Source of the DNA: Chrysomallon squamiferum
Lineage: Eukaryota > Animalia > Mollusca
NCBI GenBank assembly: GCA_012295275.1
Contig: CM022677.1
Span: 620,001 to 684,000, forward strand
DNA length: 64,000 nucleotides
Direction: 5' to 3'
The notes beneath the pieces were generated by a model. That model searched no databases. It saw only the letters and a program-made list of their open reading frames with translations, and was not told the DNA's origin. The position numbers and the translations under genes were made by a program. Positions within the stretch are counted from its first letter, which is position 1. Each line of letters starts with the position of its first letter. Of the stretch, positions 1 to 11,357 are shown piece by piece.

Positions 1-799
1 TTACCTGGGTTAGGGGTTCTGCAGTGAAGGTGTAGTCCCCCCAGGTGCCGTATGCCACCGTTTTGTCCATTTGTTTATGGATGACTTGACTACTTTTTTG
101 GTCTTGCGAGTAACCAAGTTCGATGGGGGTATAGGGGTATAGGGTTTTTACGTGGGTGGGTTCCCTCCTCTCTCGGGGTTCCTCTGTACACCTCTCGAGT
201 GTGACGTACACATTTTGACACTCTGTGGGGTTGGGCATCAGTTCCATGCTCGTACCCAGTTTGATGAGTGAGCTGTCCGACTCGGCCCTGATGAAGGTGA
301 TCTCATCAGACAGCCGGGTGTGGAATAATGTGTCGTCCAACAGTCGCGAGACGGACTGCTGGAAGAAGATGGCTTCGTACAGAGTCGAGTTTTTTTGTTA
401 AACAAAACCCGCCTCAGCCCGGAGATTGGTGACTTAGCGGGTCTAGGGGGACTGGCGGACAGTTTGAGGGATTTGTGAGAGCCCTGTTGGGGGACAGCGA
501 TGTTAAGCATGTCCAGGGTAGAAAATCGGTTTGCTGTGCTGACTGGTAGCTGTTGGGGGGGAGATGGGCAGGGAGAGCCGTCAGGTGTCGTCTGTACCAG
601 TCCCACGTAGATGACGTCGTTTAATGAGCCGTCAGATGTGTTTCCGTTGTCGATGTCGTCTGGGAAGCCGAGAGAGCAGAAGTCTGGTAGTTCCCTTTCT
701 GTTTCGCATAGTTTTGGGGGGGAGCCTCGTTCTGCATGTCTGTTGATATTACTCACTTTTCTGTTTTAGATGTGCCGACGGGTTTGGTTGTCTCGGCCA

Positions 800-1101
800 T
801 TTTATAGTTAGTTTAATATAAGTTAGATTGCTTGTTTTTATTTTTAATATAATTAGGAGATTACTTATTTACTACAGTTAAAATTTTATAATTAGTTTAA
901 TATAAGTTAGATTGCTTGTTTTTATTTTTAATATAATTAGGAGATTACTTATTTACTACAGTTAAAATTTTATAATTAGTTTAATATAAGTTAGATTGCT
1001 TGTTTTTATTTTTAATATAATTAGGAGATTACTTATTTACTACAGTTAAAATTTTATAGTTAGTTTAATATAAGTTAGATTGCTTGTTTTTATTTTTAAT
1101 A
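800..1101. repeat. 84-bp AT-rich tandem repeat, ~3.5 copies, in the LINE 5'UTR
   Basis: gtttaatataagttagattgc recurs at 811, 895, 979 and 1063. Confidence 0.95.
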
Positions 1102-1341
1102 TCTTGAAAAATAGAGAGGTAACAAGAGGGAGTTTAAAATTTCGTGCTGGGAAAGTGACTTATGTCGTGCTGGGAGGAGGATAGCATTCCGTTTCTTACC
1201 AAATTTGATGTCGGTTGTTGTTCAGTGTTCGAAGTTGGAAACTGAAAATGTAATCCTAAGTGCGAAGAATGCAAAAGGTAAACAGCTAATCCTCCGTATT
1301 AAAACGTGTTGAAACTTGGTGCAGGCAAAGAGCTCAAAGGC

Positions 1342-1563
1342 GATTGGCCGCTGTCCGATTCCGTCGTCTGGTTGCTGTTGGGAGTGTGGATTCTTACTGG
1401 CTGCAGTGTTTCTCGAGGATGATTGGTCGGTTCTCGATTCCGTCGACAGGTTGCTGTTAAGCGATCGTTTGGAATGTGTCCGCAGAGCTCTCGAAGGCGA
1501 TTGGTTGATTGTTCGTTCGTTGTTCGCCAATGGTATATCAGCAAAGATCTATTAGACGATTGG
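1342..1563 (-). promoter_or_regulatory. Cluster of four CCAAT boxes, putative LINE internal promoter
   Basis: gattgg (CCAATC on minus) at 1342, 1421, 1499 and 1558. Four such boxes also occur in the otherwise diverged sister copy (63670-63761). Confidence 0.45.
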
Positions 1564-1802
1564 TTGGTTTTCGATTCCGTCGATCGCGTTTGCAAAGTAC
1601 AAAAATAACTGATCAAGCAATCCCAAATACGAAAGTACGAGTACAAAAAAGTGAGCAAGTATTCCTGATAACTGCACAATAGAATGAAACTACAAGACCT
1701 CGCAATCCCAAACAAAACAAGTGAACAAGTGAAACGAGAATGATTCGAGAATGAAACGAGAGTAATAAAAATGCGTGCCGTCTCTAACGAAAAATGACGT
1801 TC

Positions 1803-1870
1803 GATTACGAAAACGTTGAATTACGGAAACGCTGAATTACGGAAACGAATTACGGAAACCTACTGAAACG
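1803..1870. repeat. Short ~13-16-bp tandem repeats (gaattacggaaac) at the LINE 5' terminus
   Basis: ttacg(g)aaac visible four times, plus a degenerate copy. Confidence 0.8.
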
Positions 1871-1873
1871 TTG

Positions 1874-1896
1874 ACTGATCAAAGAGATCTCGTTCA
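1874..1896. repeat. 23-bp exact direct repeat ACTGATCAAAGAGATCTCGTTCA, copy 1
   Basis: Identical to 15605-15627. Its reverse complement is partly present at 41160-41170. Confidence 0.95.
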
Positions 1897-3310
1897 AAAC
1901 GCGTGCCGCTACTTGTACACCCATATCTACAATTCTGCAGATAGCCCTTCTGAATTTACTTTGAAGATTTTAATACCAGTTTTCAGTTACTTAAACCCCA
2001 GTGTTTCTTAGTTTATTAAATAACGGAACTTCTCCTAATTATATAAAACAGCTTCTTAATAGCCCATGTACATCTGCTTAGGCTATATTTAGTTTTTGTG
2101 TATACACCACATTTTTCTGTCTTTAATTAGGTAAACAGTTAATGACTAAAAATATAAATTATAAACATGGTTATACAAGATAGCTAAATAAATATTATCG
2201 TAATATAATAAGATATTTAAGATAAAATGTAGCAGACATTCTGCTTTAATGGGCATATAAAAATAAAGATTTAGTGAAAATTCTATAATTCACGACAAAG
2301 AAAACAAAATTACAATTAAAAACAAATCTATCAAAGAGGCACTAATCAGGACACCGTACCAAGCTGAATAGCAGTGAAAGTTTTTTATTTTAGTTTTTTT
2401 TTAAATATAGCTACATAGAAAATACAATCTTTACTCATGAAATACGACATGAAATGAAAACTGGTTTGCTTTATGACTGCAGATGAATGAAACTGGCTGA
2501 TGGTATAAATCGGGTAATTTTACAATGCGTATTAATTAGAGTATATTCAAATACTGCTGTTCAGAAATGTGTTATGATGGTTCACTGTGGAGTGTTATAA
2601 AGAGACGACTGTCACGGGGCTCACACCTTTAAACACCTTGGATGTTTTATTAAGGCTCAGTGTACGGTAACAAGGTGCTTTAATGGCCACCTAACAAGGA
2701 GTATTAAATTATTTAATTATGAGGTACATGTGACTTGATAATAATACATTATACAATCATAAAACACACGTTTCAGTAATTTTGATTAATGATACGACTA
2801 ATTTTATAAAGGGAACCAAGACAAAATAAGAATCTGCACGGAGGACATTCAAAACCTACAATAAATGTTATTGACACAGGTTAATTGCACATTACACCCA
2901 ATAAAAACAAGAATAGACAATTGCTTACAATATTCGTCCATCAAGACATTCCAGCACATAAATACTTCTTATTATTAATAACATCTACTTTATCTCTTCA
3001 AGAAAATACATTCTAATAATATCTTCCTGTAAAATGATGTCACACCAGATTTTTATTTGTATTTATTTATTTATTTTAATTTGTTCCTTATTATTATTTA
3101 TTATCTTTCTTATTGTTTGTTCGTTCGATTTAACCCGTTTCGATAATCCATTTGGTGTCCAAAAGTTGTTATAAAATATTGATAAAGTCAAAAAAAAAAA
3201 TTATTAAAAGGAAGCTCAAATCTGCGACGAGGGCTGTTTACGTAACCAATAAACTAATGTTTACAAACCGTATGTAATTTTTACACACATACAGACAAAC
3301 AGTGAAATAC

Positions 3311-3435
3311 CTAAATGGAGAAGTTCTGGTATCATGGCAACATCATGTGTATATCGTCTGCTGGGCTGCGAGAGAATTACAACTTTTGTGTTTTCCAGAT
3401 CTGGTATCAAATGAAGTGGTATCACTTCTCCCCAT
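3311..3435 (-). CDS. LigB/Memo-fold protein gene, exon 2 (left copy)
   Basis: ttaag|ATGGGGA...CATTTAG|gtattt, 125 nt, encodes WGEVIPLHLIPDLENTKVVILSQPSRRYTHDVAMIPELLHLG. Phases match exons 1 and 3. Confidence 0.85.
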
Positions 3436-3451
3436 CTTAATATGTGCCAAA

Positions 3452-3502
<51 letters not shown>

Positions 3503-3843
3503 ATATGTAACAAAATGAATACAAGAAAATGAAATTTAAAAGAAAAAATTGTATGACTCTACTTTACAAGAGTATTTATAAATAATATCAGTTTTGTGAT
3601 AAAATATATAGAAACATTTCTGTATAATATATTATCAATAGGATTGCAAATAAATATATAATTTTTATGTACTGTACGTTTCGAAAACGGCATATTGTGG
3701 GTCCTCAGTCTTTTGTGAGAACTTGCATTAATCGAAAACTATATTTTTGTACGATAATGTTTTCTTGCTCTCAGTATTATTAGTCTATGCTAATTTAAAA
3801 AAGAAGTGTTTATGCTAATTTTTACATGCATGCTAGTTCTCAC

Positions 3844-4298
3844 CTGACTGGAAATGCTTCATCGCTTTTTCCGGGTGGACCATAACCGCTTAATCCCGAA
3901 ATATTCCGAGCAGAGCCAAATTTATTTACGATGTCTTCCGAAAGTTGGCTAGAAAGATTAGCGGTTACTTTATAACAACAAGGAGGACAGTTGCAATTAT
4001 CAGTATCTGCAAAGCCTTCTCCTGTGGGATCTAAATAGAACACAAAGTTATTTAAGTCAGAAATACCATGGGGCGTGCTCAGAAAAAGTATATCGGGCGA
4101 TAAAAACAGAATCGTCTGATCGACAGTTTTGCAGGCTTCGTGAATTTTCCACGCTTCTTGTTTTGCTGTGTGGTTGGTTGTATTGAAATGTTTCGGATCC
4201 AGAGCAATTCCGCCGTGCGGCAGAACGAACCCGGCTAGTAGTTTGGAGAAAGATAAATCAAGTGATGTGAAAAACACAATCACAATTGCAAAAAACAT
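3844..4298 (-). CDS. LigB/Memo-fold (class III extradiol dioxygenase-like) protein gene, exon 1 (left copy), with probable signal peptide
   Basis: ATG, hydrophobic N-terminus, GFVLPHG and PDILFLSTPHG motifs. Ends AG|gtgag; 455 nt, phase 2. Confidence 0.85.
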
Positions 4299-5164
4299 CT
4301 CGACTTTCTATTTCGTTCTTAAATCATATGACTCTAGAGTTACCTGCCCTTCTGTGTTTTTCCTTAAAGAGCAACAATACATCTGAAGGAAATAGTATTT
4401 TATTTGTTAATGACAATCGATAGGAGTTAAAAATCTATATTATCGCCTTGTTAATTTATAAGAGTTGGTTTTCTGAATTGTCCCAATAGTTAATTTTTTG
4501 TTGATGTTGTTTTTGTTTTTTGTTCTTTTATGTATTTGTTTGTCATCATCATCATCAGCAGCAGCAGCTGCAGCATCATTATTACCATTATTTTCTTGTT
4601 ATTTTTATGGGCAAAGGGCGTGTACATGAAACGTTAAGCGATGCATCACAGTAGTTTGTATCAATACATTGTTTTAGAAAAACGTTCTTTAAAACAGATT
4701 TATAGAAGACTACATGGTTGCTTTGGAGTACCATCAAAGTTTATTATTATCATTATCATCATCATCGTCATTATTATTATTATTATTGTTATCATCAATA
4801 TTAAAAGTTGATTTGTAAGTCAGAAAATCTGAGATAATAATGGCGTATTACTTTAGCTGCTTTTCAGTGCATCAAAGCTGAACAGGCCTACACGTCTACA
4901 GACACAGTCAGTGACGAAATCAAAGGCAAGTTGTGTTAAAAGAAGTATACAAGTACAGAAGTGTGATCACTGCACATGTAAAATGGAACTGAAGTCTGTA
5001 GCGAAAAAAAAAACGGCTTCCCAGCTAAATATCCATTGTTATTGTTGTTATTATTTGTTATTACCATCATTATCATCATCATCATGATAATTATTATAAT
5101 TATTATTGTTGTCGTTGTTGTTGTTGTATCATTTGTCTTCATTTCCATATGAAATGTTTTGTTT

Positions 5165-5380
5165 TCATCTCTGAACGAATGATGCTACCATCATTCCGTA
5201 GTAACTTGGGTGATAGTTTGCTAAAACGTTTGGTAACCATGACGACAGCCCGGCAGTTTCTAACAGACCATGTAACATGACTAGACCCGTGTAACCACAC
5301 GACAGCGCGCGATCGACTAGTCCAGCCGTTCTGTTCAACAGCAACATGCCGTCCAGAGTCGCTGCCCACTCACCAACAGC
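5165..5380 (-). CDS. LigB/Memo-fold protein gene, terminal exon 4 (left copy)
   Basis: tttcag|GCTGTT..., encodes AVGEWAATLDG...ALSCGYTGLVMLHG...PSYYGMMVASFVQR-stop. Phase 0 matches exon 3. Confidence 0.85.
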   Translation of the reverse strand, partial: AVGEWAATLDGMLLLNRTAGLVDRALSCGYTGLVMLHGLLETAGLSSWLPNVLANYHPSYYGMMVASFVQR

Positions 5381-5499
5381 CTGAAATATTCAAATAATGA
5401 GAACCATCGTCTTTCAACACTGAAGACAAAACAGTTGCAGCATGTTCTTTCCCACCCATAACATTAAACATAAATAGTTTTAGAAATTCTCCCAAACGT

Positions 5500-8400
5500 C
5501 AAAGTTCGATATTTTAACAACGTACATGTTTTTGCTATCAATACCAATGGCGTATGAATTTATAACAAAAGTTATGTCCACAAATGTATATTGTTTGCCT
5601 TAAAATAAATTAAAAACAAAAAAAAAAAAAAAAAAAAAGGAAGAAAAAGAGAAATAAAAGTAACAAACATATAAAAAAAGATCTGTTCCTATTTAAAATG
5701 ATAGAAATTATGTTCATATTTCTAAAGTATATACATTACAATATGAATACGATCAGAAATAAACTAACTTCGTGTTTTGCTTTAAAAATTCTTGCGATAA
5801 ATGGCGAATTAAAAATCATAAACATAACAAACTGTACTACAGAACAGTACAATGAATGTATTCTGTGAATCTAAGTACCAGAGGTATTCATAGAATATTA
5901 AATAAGAAATGTACAACTTTTTTTTTTAAACCATAAACTGATAAATCATAAACTGATAAATCATAAAGTGTTCAGTTTTAAAACTTAGGCTATTTTTGCT
6001 TCAATTGTTGATTTGCTCCATCAGAGAAAACATCAACGATGGTCACATGATACATTGATAGGTATCTTTTGTTTGCTGTCAAATCACAGGAAGTACAAAC
6101 ACAAAACCAAGAAAATTATTTTTGTCTGCTTCAAATGACAGTTACCATATCTGTGTCTTTAATTGTCATGATTACATACACATTGTATTGTTCCTAATAA
6201 AGACCGGCAACACCTTTCTGGAGTCGACTCCAAGGATTATACGAGTTTATGTATTGCAGAGGATTACAGTTAAACATCAAATGCTAGTAATCGGCAAAAC
6301 AATATTAATTGGTTTATTTCAGAACGAATACATATTATATTTAGTAAAAGTCACAACATCCAAGAAAACATGCATCCTACAAGCTATTAAAAATATAATG
6401 AACATTGATTATAGAAATATAATCATTTCAAACAGCACCAGTTATTTGTAGTTGCACATGACTAGGTAGGAAACAATTTACGTCGATTGTAAATAAAATC
6501 AACGTGATTTCGGTCTGTAGAAAACATAAATTAACGGCGATTTCGCTAAGCACGTGCTATAATGTACACGCTGAAAATAAGAACATTCAGAAAAAACATA
6601 CAGCAAACAAGTTATTAAAAACATAATCATTAAAAACGTCACGCTTTTCTAGATGTACATACGGCAATTTCGGTAGGGTAGAACACGTATTATAATGTAC
6701 TCGCTGAAAATAAGAACATTCGAGAAGGAAAAACATTCAACCAAAAAGTTATTAAAAATATAAAAAACATAGAAATATAATCATTTTCAACAGCGCCAGA
6801 CCTTTCTAGCACATTTTAAAATTAAAACGCAAGCACACATGTATACACAATATTTTATTAAAAATGATATTTGAAATATTCGACAAATTGACCTTTCTAA
6901 CTGTACATAAAACCTACTAGAATTCAAAATTAAATATTATATATTAGATCATCCTCGATTAGATCTGCAGCCAGAGCATGGATGTTCATACAGTAGTCTA
7001 CTGCATCTGCATACGATTCATTTGCTCCCCAGTAGGCTACAACATATTTCTTACCTTTGCATGTAATCTTCTCTATCTTTCCATTGTATATTGCTCTTTC
7101 TCCATCATCAATCCACGTATGGCAAATCATGCTACCCACTGAATTCCCTGATAAAAGTTCACTTACCTTTTCCAATTTATACTCTGAGAGATCCGAGAAT
7201 TCAACAGAGAGTCTGTCGATGTCTACACTTTTCAATCTTCTCTCCAATCTGTTCCTCTCTGTGGTCTCCTTTGCCTGCAGCTTCTGTACTTGTCTCCTGT
7301 TTTGTTCTTTCCTCAGATTTTTCTTGTGGTCCGCCGTTTTAATAATACGGTTCTCGTTTTAATAATTGTCTCCGTGTCTAGGGCATCAAGATAATCCACT
7401 GTCCTGTTTTTCATGGCCCTCATTTTACATGAGATTAGCAGAGAGTAGCATTTGGGGATTTCTTCTGTAAGGAACTAAACATCCCCATGATCTCTTCTGC
7501 ATCAATGTTGTGACATCTGGCCGACCTTGTCTCATCCCTCAGTCTCTCAGTGAAAGTATCTGTTGTACTGCCGCTCAGGGACGACAACTGTTGCATACAA
7601 ACAACTCTTCATCATGTTCGCAAACAGGGAGATGTCTTTAGGTGCTGCTTGGAGCATCTCCAGAGTTGGTTCTTGCAAAAGTATATGTCCAAAAAAATAT
7701 ATCTTGCATGACAGAGTGTCTTCAGGGGACTGTGCACTGACTTTCAGTTTGGCAATAACTTGCTTAACAAGCTCAATGCCCTGAATGTGGTTTTCTTGTT
7801 CTGGGGCAACTGTTGATTGGTAGAACTTGGTCATCCAAGGTCCACTGAGCAGTTTCCCAATAAGTCCAAGCACCTGCATTTCCACTTGTGCAGTAACAGA
7901 CACAAAGTCTGCTAGGATGTTATGCCGTAAACCACCACAAGATACACCCTTCTGCAGAAAACTCGTGAATAAATTATGGAAGCGAGTGAAAACGCCACAT
8001 ATATGAAAAAGGATATGTAGGCGGTTACCTCTGTATCTGGGTAAGATCCCACGTGCCAAGTTTTCGTGGTCCAGAAAAATGATGAAACCACGAGGATCCA
8101 TAAACCTCATTTTGTTCATCTGCACGACTATGTTTCCAGCCAAACAGTCTGTCCCTTTAAGTTTCTTTTCTGTTCTGATTTCTGCTTCACATACCTTTAG
8201 AGCAGCACGAGTTTTTTGTTGCAATTGAGTCCAATGGATGCAAATGGCAATTTAATTCATTGAGTGTTTTGCTCCACGTTTCATTCAGAAGCTGAATTGC
8301 AGCATGATTTGCAGTGCATCGATCAGTAAGGGTATTGCAAATGTGCAGCTTTTATTCCCAATTACAGCTTCAGCTGCCTGTAATTCCGTTATTACTCCAA

Positions 8401-10550
8401 GTTCCCTTGTCATTGCCTCAGTAGTGGTTCTGTGTGGGATGTCCTTCAGTGGAACACCACACCGCCAAAACAAATTCTGAAGAAGAACAGGGATATTGCT
8501 GGTTGGCACCTGATTAACAATGGCATCAAACACCGTCATTCTTAGGTCTGCAGAATAGACCTTTCCATTATATTTTGTCAATTTTAGTTTACTAACTGAC
8601 TCATGAAGCTTTTCTTCAAGCAGGATTTTATCTCCTTTTGTTTTATTTCAAGTTTTATTTTAAGTTCAGAAATTTCGTTTTTGGCAGAGAGCAGCAGAGT
8701 TTCTGATTCAGTTTTATTCTTTTTTTCGCTATGGTACTTTTTTCATTTGTTCGTGGGTTTTTTAAAAGTTTGACAGAGTAGATTTTGCTTCATGCATGAT
8801 AACCTTTGAAACGGTACTTTGCTCTTGAAATTTTGCTATCTGTTCCTCTTTCCGTCTGATTGTTTGTTTTAAGAATTTAGTGTAAATATAAAGCACGTGT
8901 CCTTTCAAAAACTCATCTGTTGCAGGAACTGTGGAATACTGTTCTTGCAGATGCTGTCTACCTAAGCTCGGTTGGTTACATCTAATTAGGCACTGTCTCT
9001 TGTTACTCAAAGGCATCTTTTGGTTATTCACTGAAAAAAACAACAAAAGAGCTGAGAAGACAAGTGAAATAAGTTTTAAAAAGTTGAAATTATGAAAGAC
9101 AATATTACCAAAATGAAACATCAACTGTGGGTCAAACCAAACACTGAACAAAAAAAAAAAAAAAAAATGAAAAGAAATGCAAAATTTGAATGACCAGCAC
9201 AAATTAAATCCACACAGAATACAACAGCAAGTGCTTATTTGATTTGGTGTTTAGAAATTATAATTGTGTGGTCAATTTTATGATTTTAAAATCCTAAAAC
9301 ATCTTGAGATTTGAGACAATTATGGATGAAAATACCAATATATTGTTAGGAACATATTTGTCCATCATTCTTATGTAAGATAATTTAAGAAGAATAAGTC
9401 AGCATAATCCATTCTCAGACGTAAGTCCTTACACAGGAAGTTTGGTCTGCCATGACACTTTCACTTCGGCGATCTAACGTCGAAATAACCATGCTTGACG
9501 AGGTAAAGATTAGTTAGCATGCTTGCAGCTGCTTGACAAAATTTCAAAGACAATTAGATCCAAAAAACTAATTATTATGTCCAGCTACTTTTCATTCGTC
9601 TCGTGTAACCGGTTTTAGTGACTGTAGCATGTTGAAAATTCGTAATTTTGAAGAAAAAAAAAGAAACTGGCGATATAACGCCAACAAACCATATTTCACG
9701 AGGTAAAAATTACAATTAAGAGCCTCGAAGCTGCTTGATAAAATTTCAAAGACAATAAGATAATAAAACTAATTATTATGTCCAGTTTCTTTTCATTCGT
9801 GTCACATAACCGGTTTTAGTTATTGTAGCATGTTGAAAATTCCGTAAAAGTTTCAAGATGGCGATCGAAAACCGAAATTACACATAGACCATATTTCACG
9901 AGGCAATCATAATAATTGAAGGCGTCCATACATTTTGATAAAATTTTATAAAGGTTATAAAGGGAACCGAGACAAAATAAGAATCTGCACGGAGGACAGA
10001 TTAAAACCTTAACTTTTTGGGTACAATAAATGTTACTGACACTGGTTAATTGCACATTACATCCTATCAAAATAAGAATAGACAATTCCTTACCATACTC
10101 GTCAGTAAAGAAAATGTCATTCGAAAACATTGGTTTCATCGCCTGACTGAATTCTCGTCTTCACCGTTTCCTTCGCTTACTTCTCTCCTTAATTACTAAA
10201 AGCCAGCCTTTTTTAATAACAACGCCATGGAGTTGAACAATTTGCGGAAACAATAAAAAGAGCGATGTGATTGTAGTAATAATTAAAGTTAAGCAATTTC
10301 AATTCCATAGCTTAAAATAAAAGAGCGGATGTGATTTGAAGTAACAATTAAAGTTAAGCAATCTGAATTCCGTGACACTATATCAACATTATGACAGAAA
10401 TTTGGTAGTAAATAACTAACTGTTAGTATATACAGTTACTAATAAGACTGCAATCAGAGTGGGAAAAAACACCCAGATACTGTTTCGTTTAATTTTGACA
10501 ACTGTTTTCTTTCTTTTTCTAAACTACGCAGGATTTGATGACATTCTACA
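5500..10550 (-). mobile_element. Decayed DDE DNA transposon (hAT-related), copy A, located between exons 3 and 4; termini not identified
   Basis: Absent from the right arm. Contains transposase fragments; its non-coding flanks recur at 11358-14466 and 2800-2945. Confidence 0.6.
6930..9016 (-). pseudogene. Frameshifted and internally deleted DDE transposase (hAT-like)
   Basis: Collinear ORFs 8285-8581, 7547-8224 and 6930-7247. Motifs NCHLHPLD (CxxH, ~8230-8255), PRYRGNRLH and HNIDAEEIMGMF (~7480-7515). The first catalytic Asp region appears deleted. Confidence 0.7.
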
Positions 10551-10554
10551 CAGA

Positions 10555-11320
10555 CATGCCAGCACATAAATAATGTTTATTATTAGTAACCATCTACTTT
10601 ATATCTTCAATAAAAAAAAAAAAGGAAGCTCAAATCTGCGACGAAGGCATTTTACGTAACCAATAAACTAATGTTTACAAATCGTATGTAATTTTTACAG
10701 ACATACAGACAAACAGTGAAATACCTAAATGGAAACATTTCTGTATAATATATTATCAATAGGATTGCAAATAAATATATAATTTTTATGTACTGTACGT
10801 TTCGAAAACGGCATACTCTGGGTCCTCAGCCTTTTGTGAGCCTTTCCATTAATCGAAAACATATATCAATAACTATATTTTTATAGGATAATGTTTTCTT
10901 GCTTCAATATTATTAGTCGTTCGAGTAGCCGTATGGGTCAGTGCTGAGATGCGTGTGTGCGAGGTCAGCGCTGATGATGACAACAACACGCTCTGGCGCG
11001 TCTTCCAAATACCTGTATAAATCACCACCTGAAATTGATACGCAGACAGGTAAAAGTTTAATTAATGAAGCAAATACCAACTTGTTATTTAGGCAGTTTG
11101 CTGTGTGACGTGTTAACGTAAGCTGAATTCAAAGATAATGGCAACAGTTCAAAGTTAGACAATTTCGTCAAATTGAAACATTTTACATAATATTACAAAC
11201 GTTCATTATGTTGTGATTTGTTCTTTTTAAATCTTAATTACAGTCCATCCTCTTTATAATATTGACAGAAACTCTCAGTTAATTTTGGCATTACAAGGAG
11301 TTGGGTGATAAGTTTTCACC
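10555..11320 (-). pseudogene. Third, heavily deleted relic of the LigB-like gene (partial exon 3, intron 1, end of exon 2, intron 2 pieces)
   Basis: 10925-11320 matches 14620-15010; 10732-10918 matches 3611-3785; 10620-10732 matches 3207-3320; 10555-10610 matches 2945-3000. Confidence 0.85.
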
Positions 11321-11357
11321 AACTATTTTTAGCAAGGCTATTTTTAGGACCCAGGAA

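Larger units (their letters stand above)
1..1873 (-). mobile_element. 5' part (5'UTR and ORF1 N-terminus) of an I-group non-LTR retrotransposon, family A; continues beyond the window start
   Basis: Positions 1-490 are near-identical to 62240-62730, which lies in ORF1 of the APE-RT-RNaseH LINE at the window end. Probable ORF1 ATG at 800 (aaaATGgccgag), followed by frameshifts. Confidence 0.85.
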
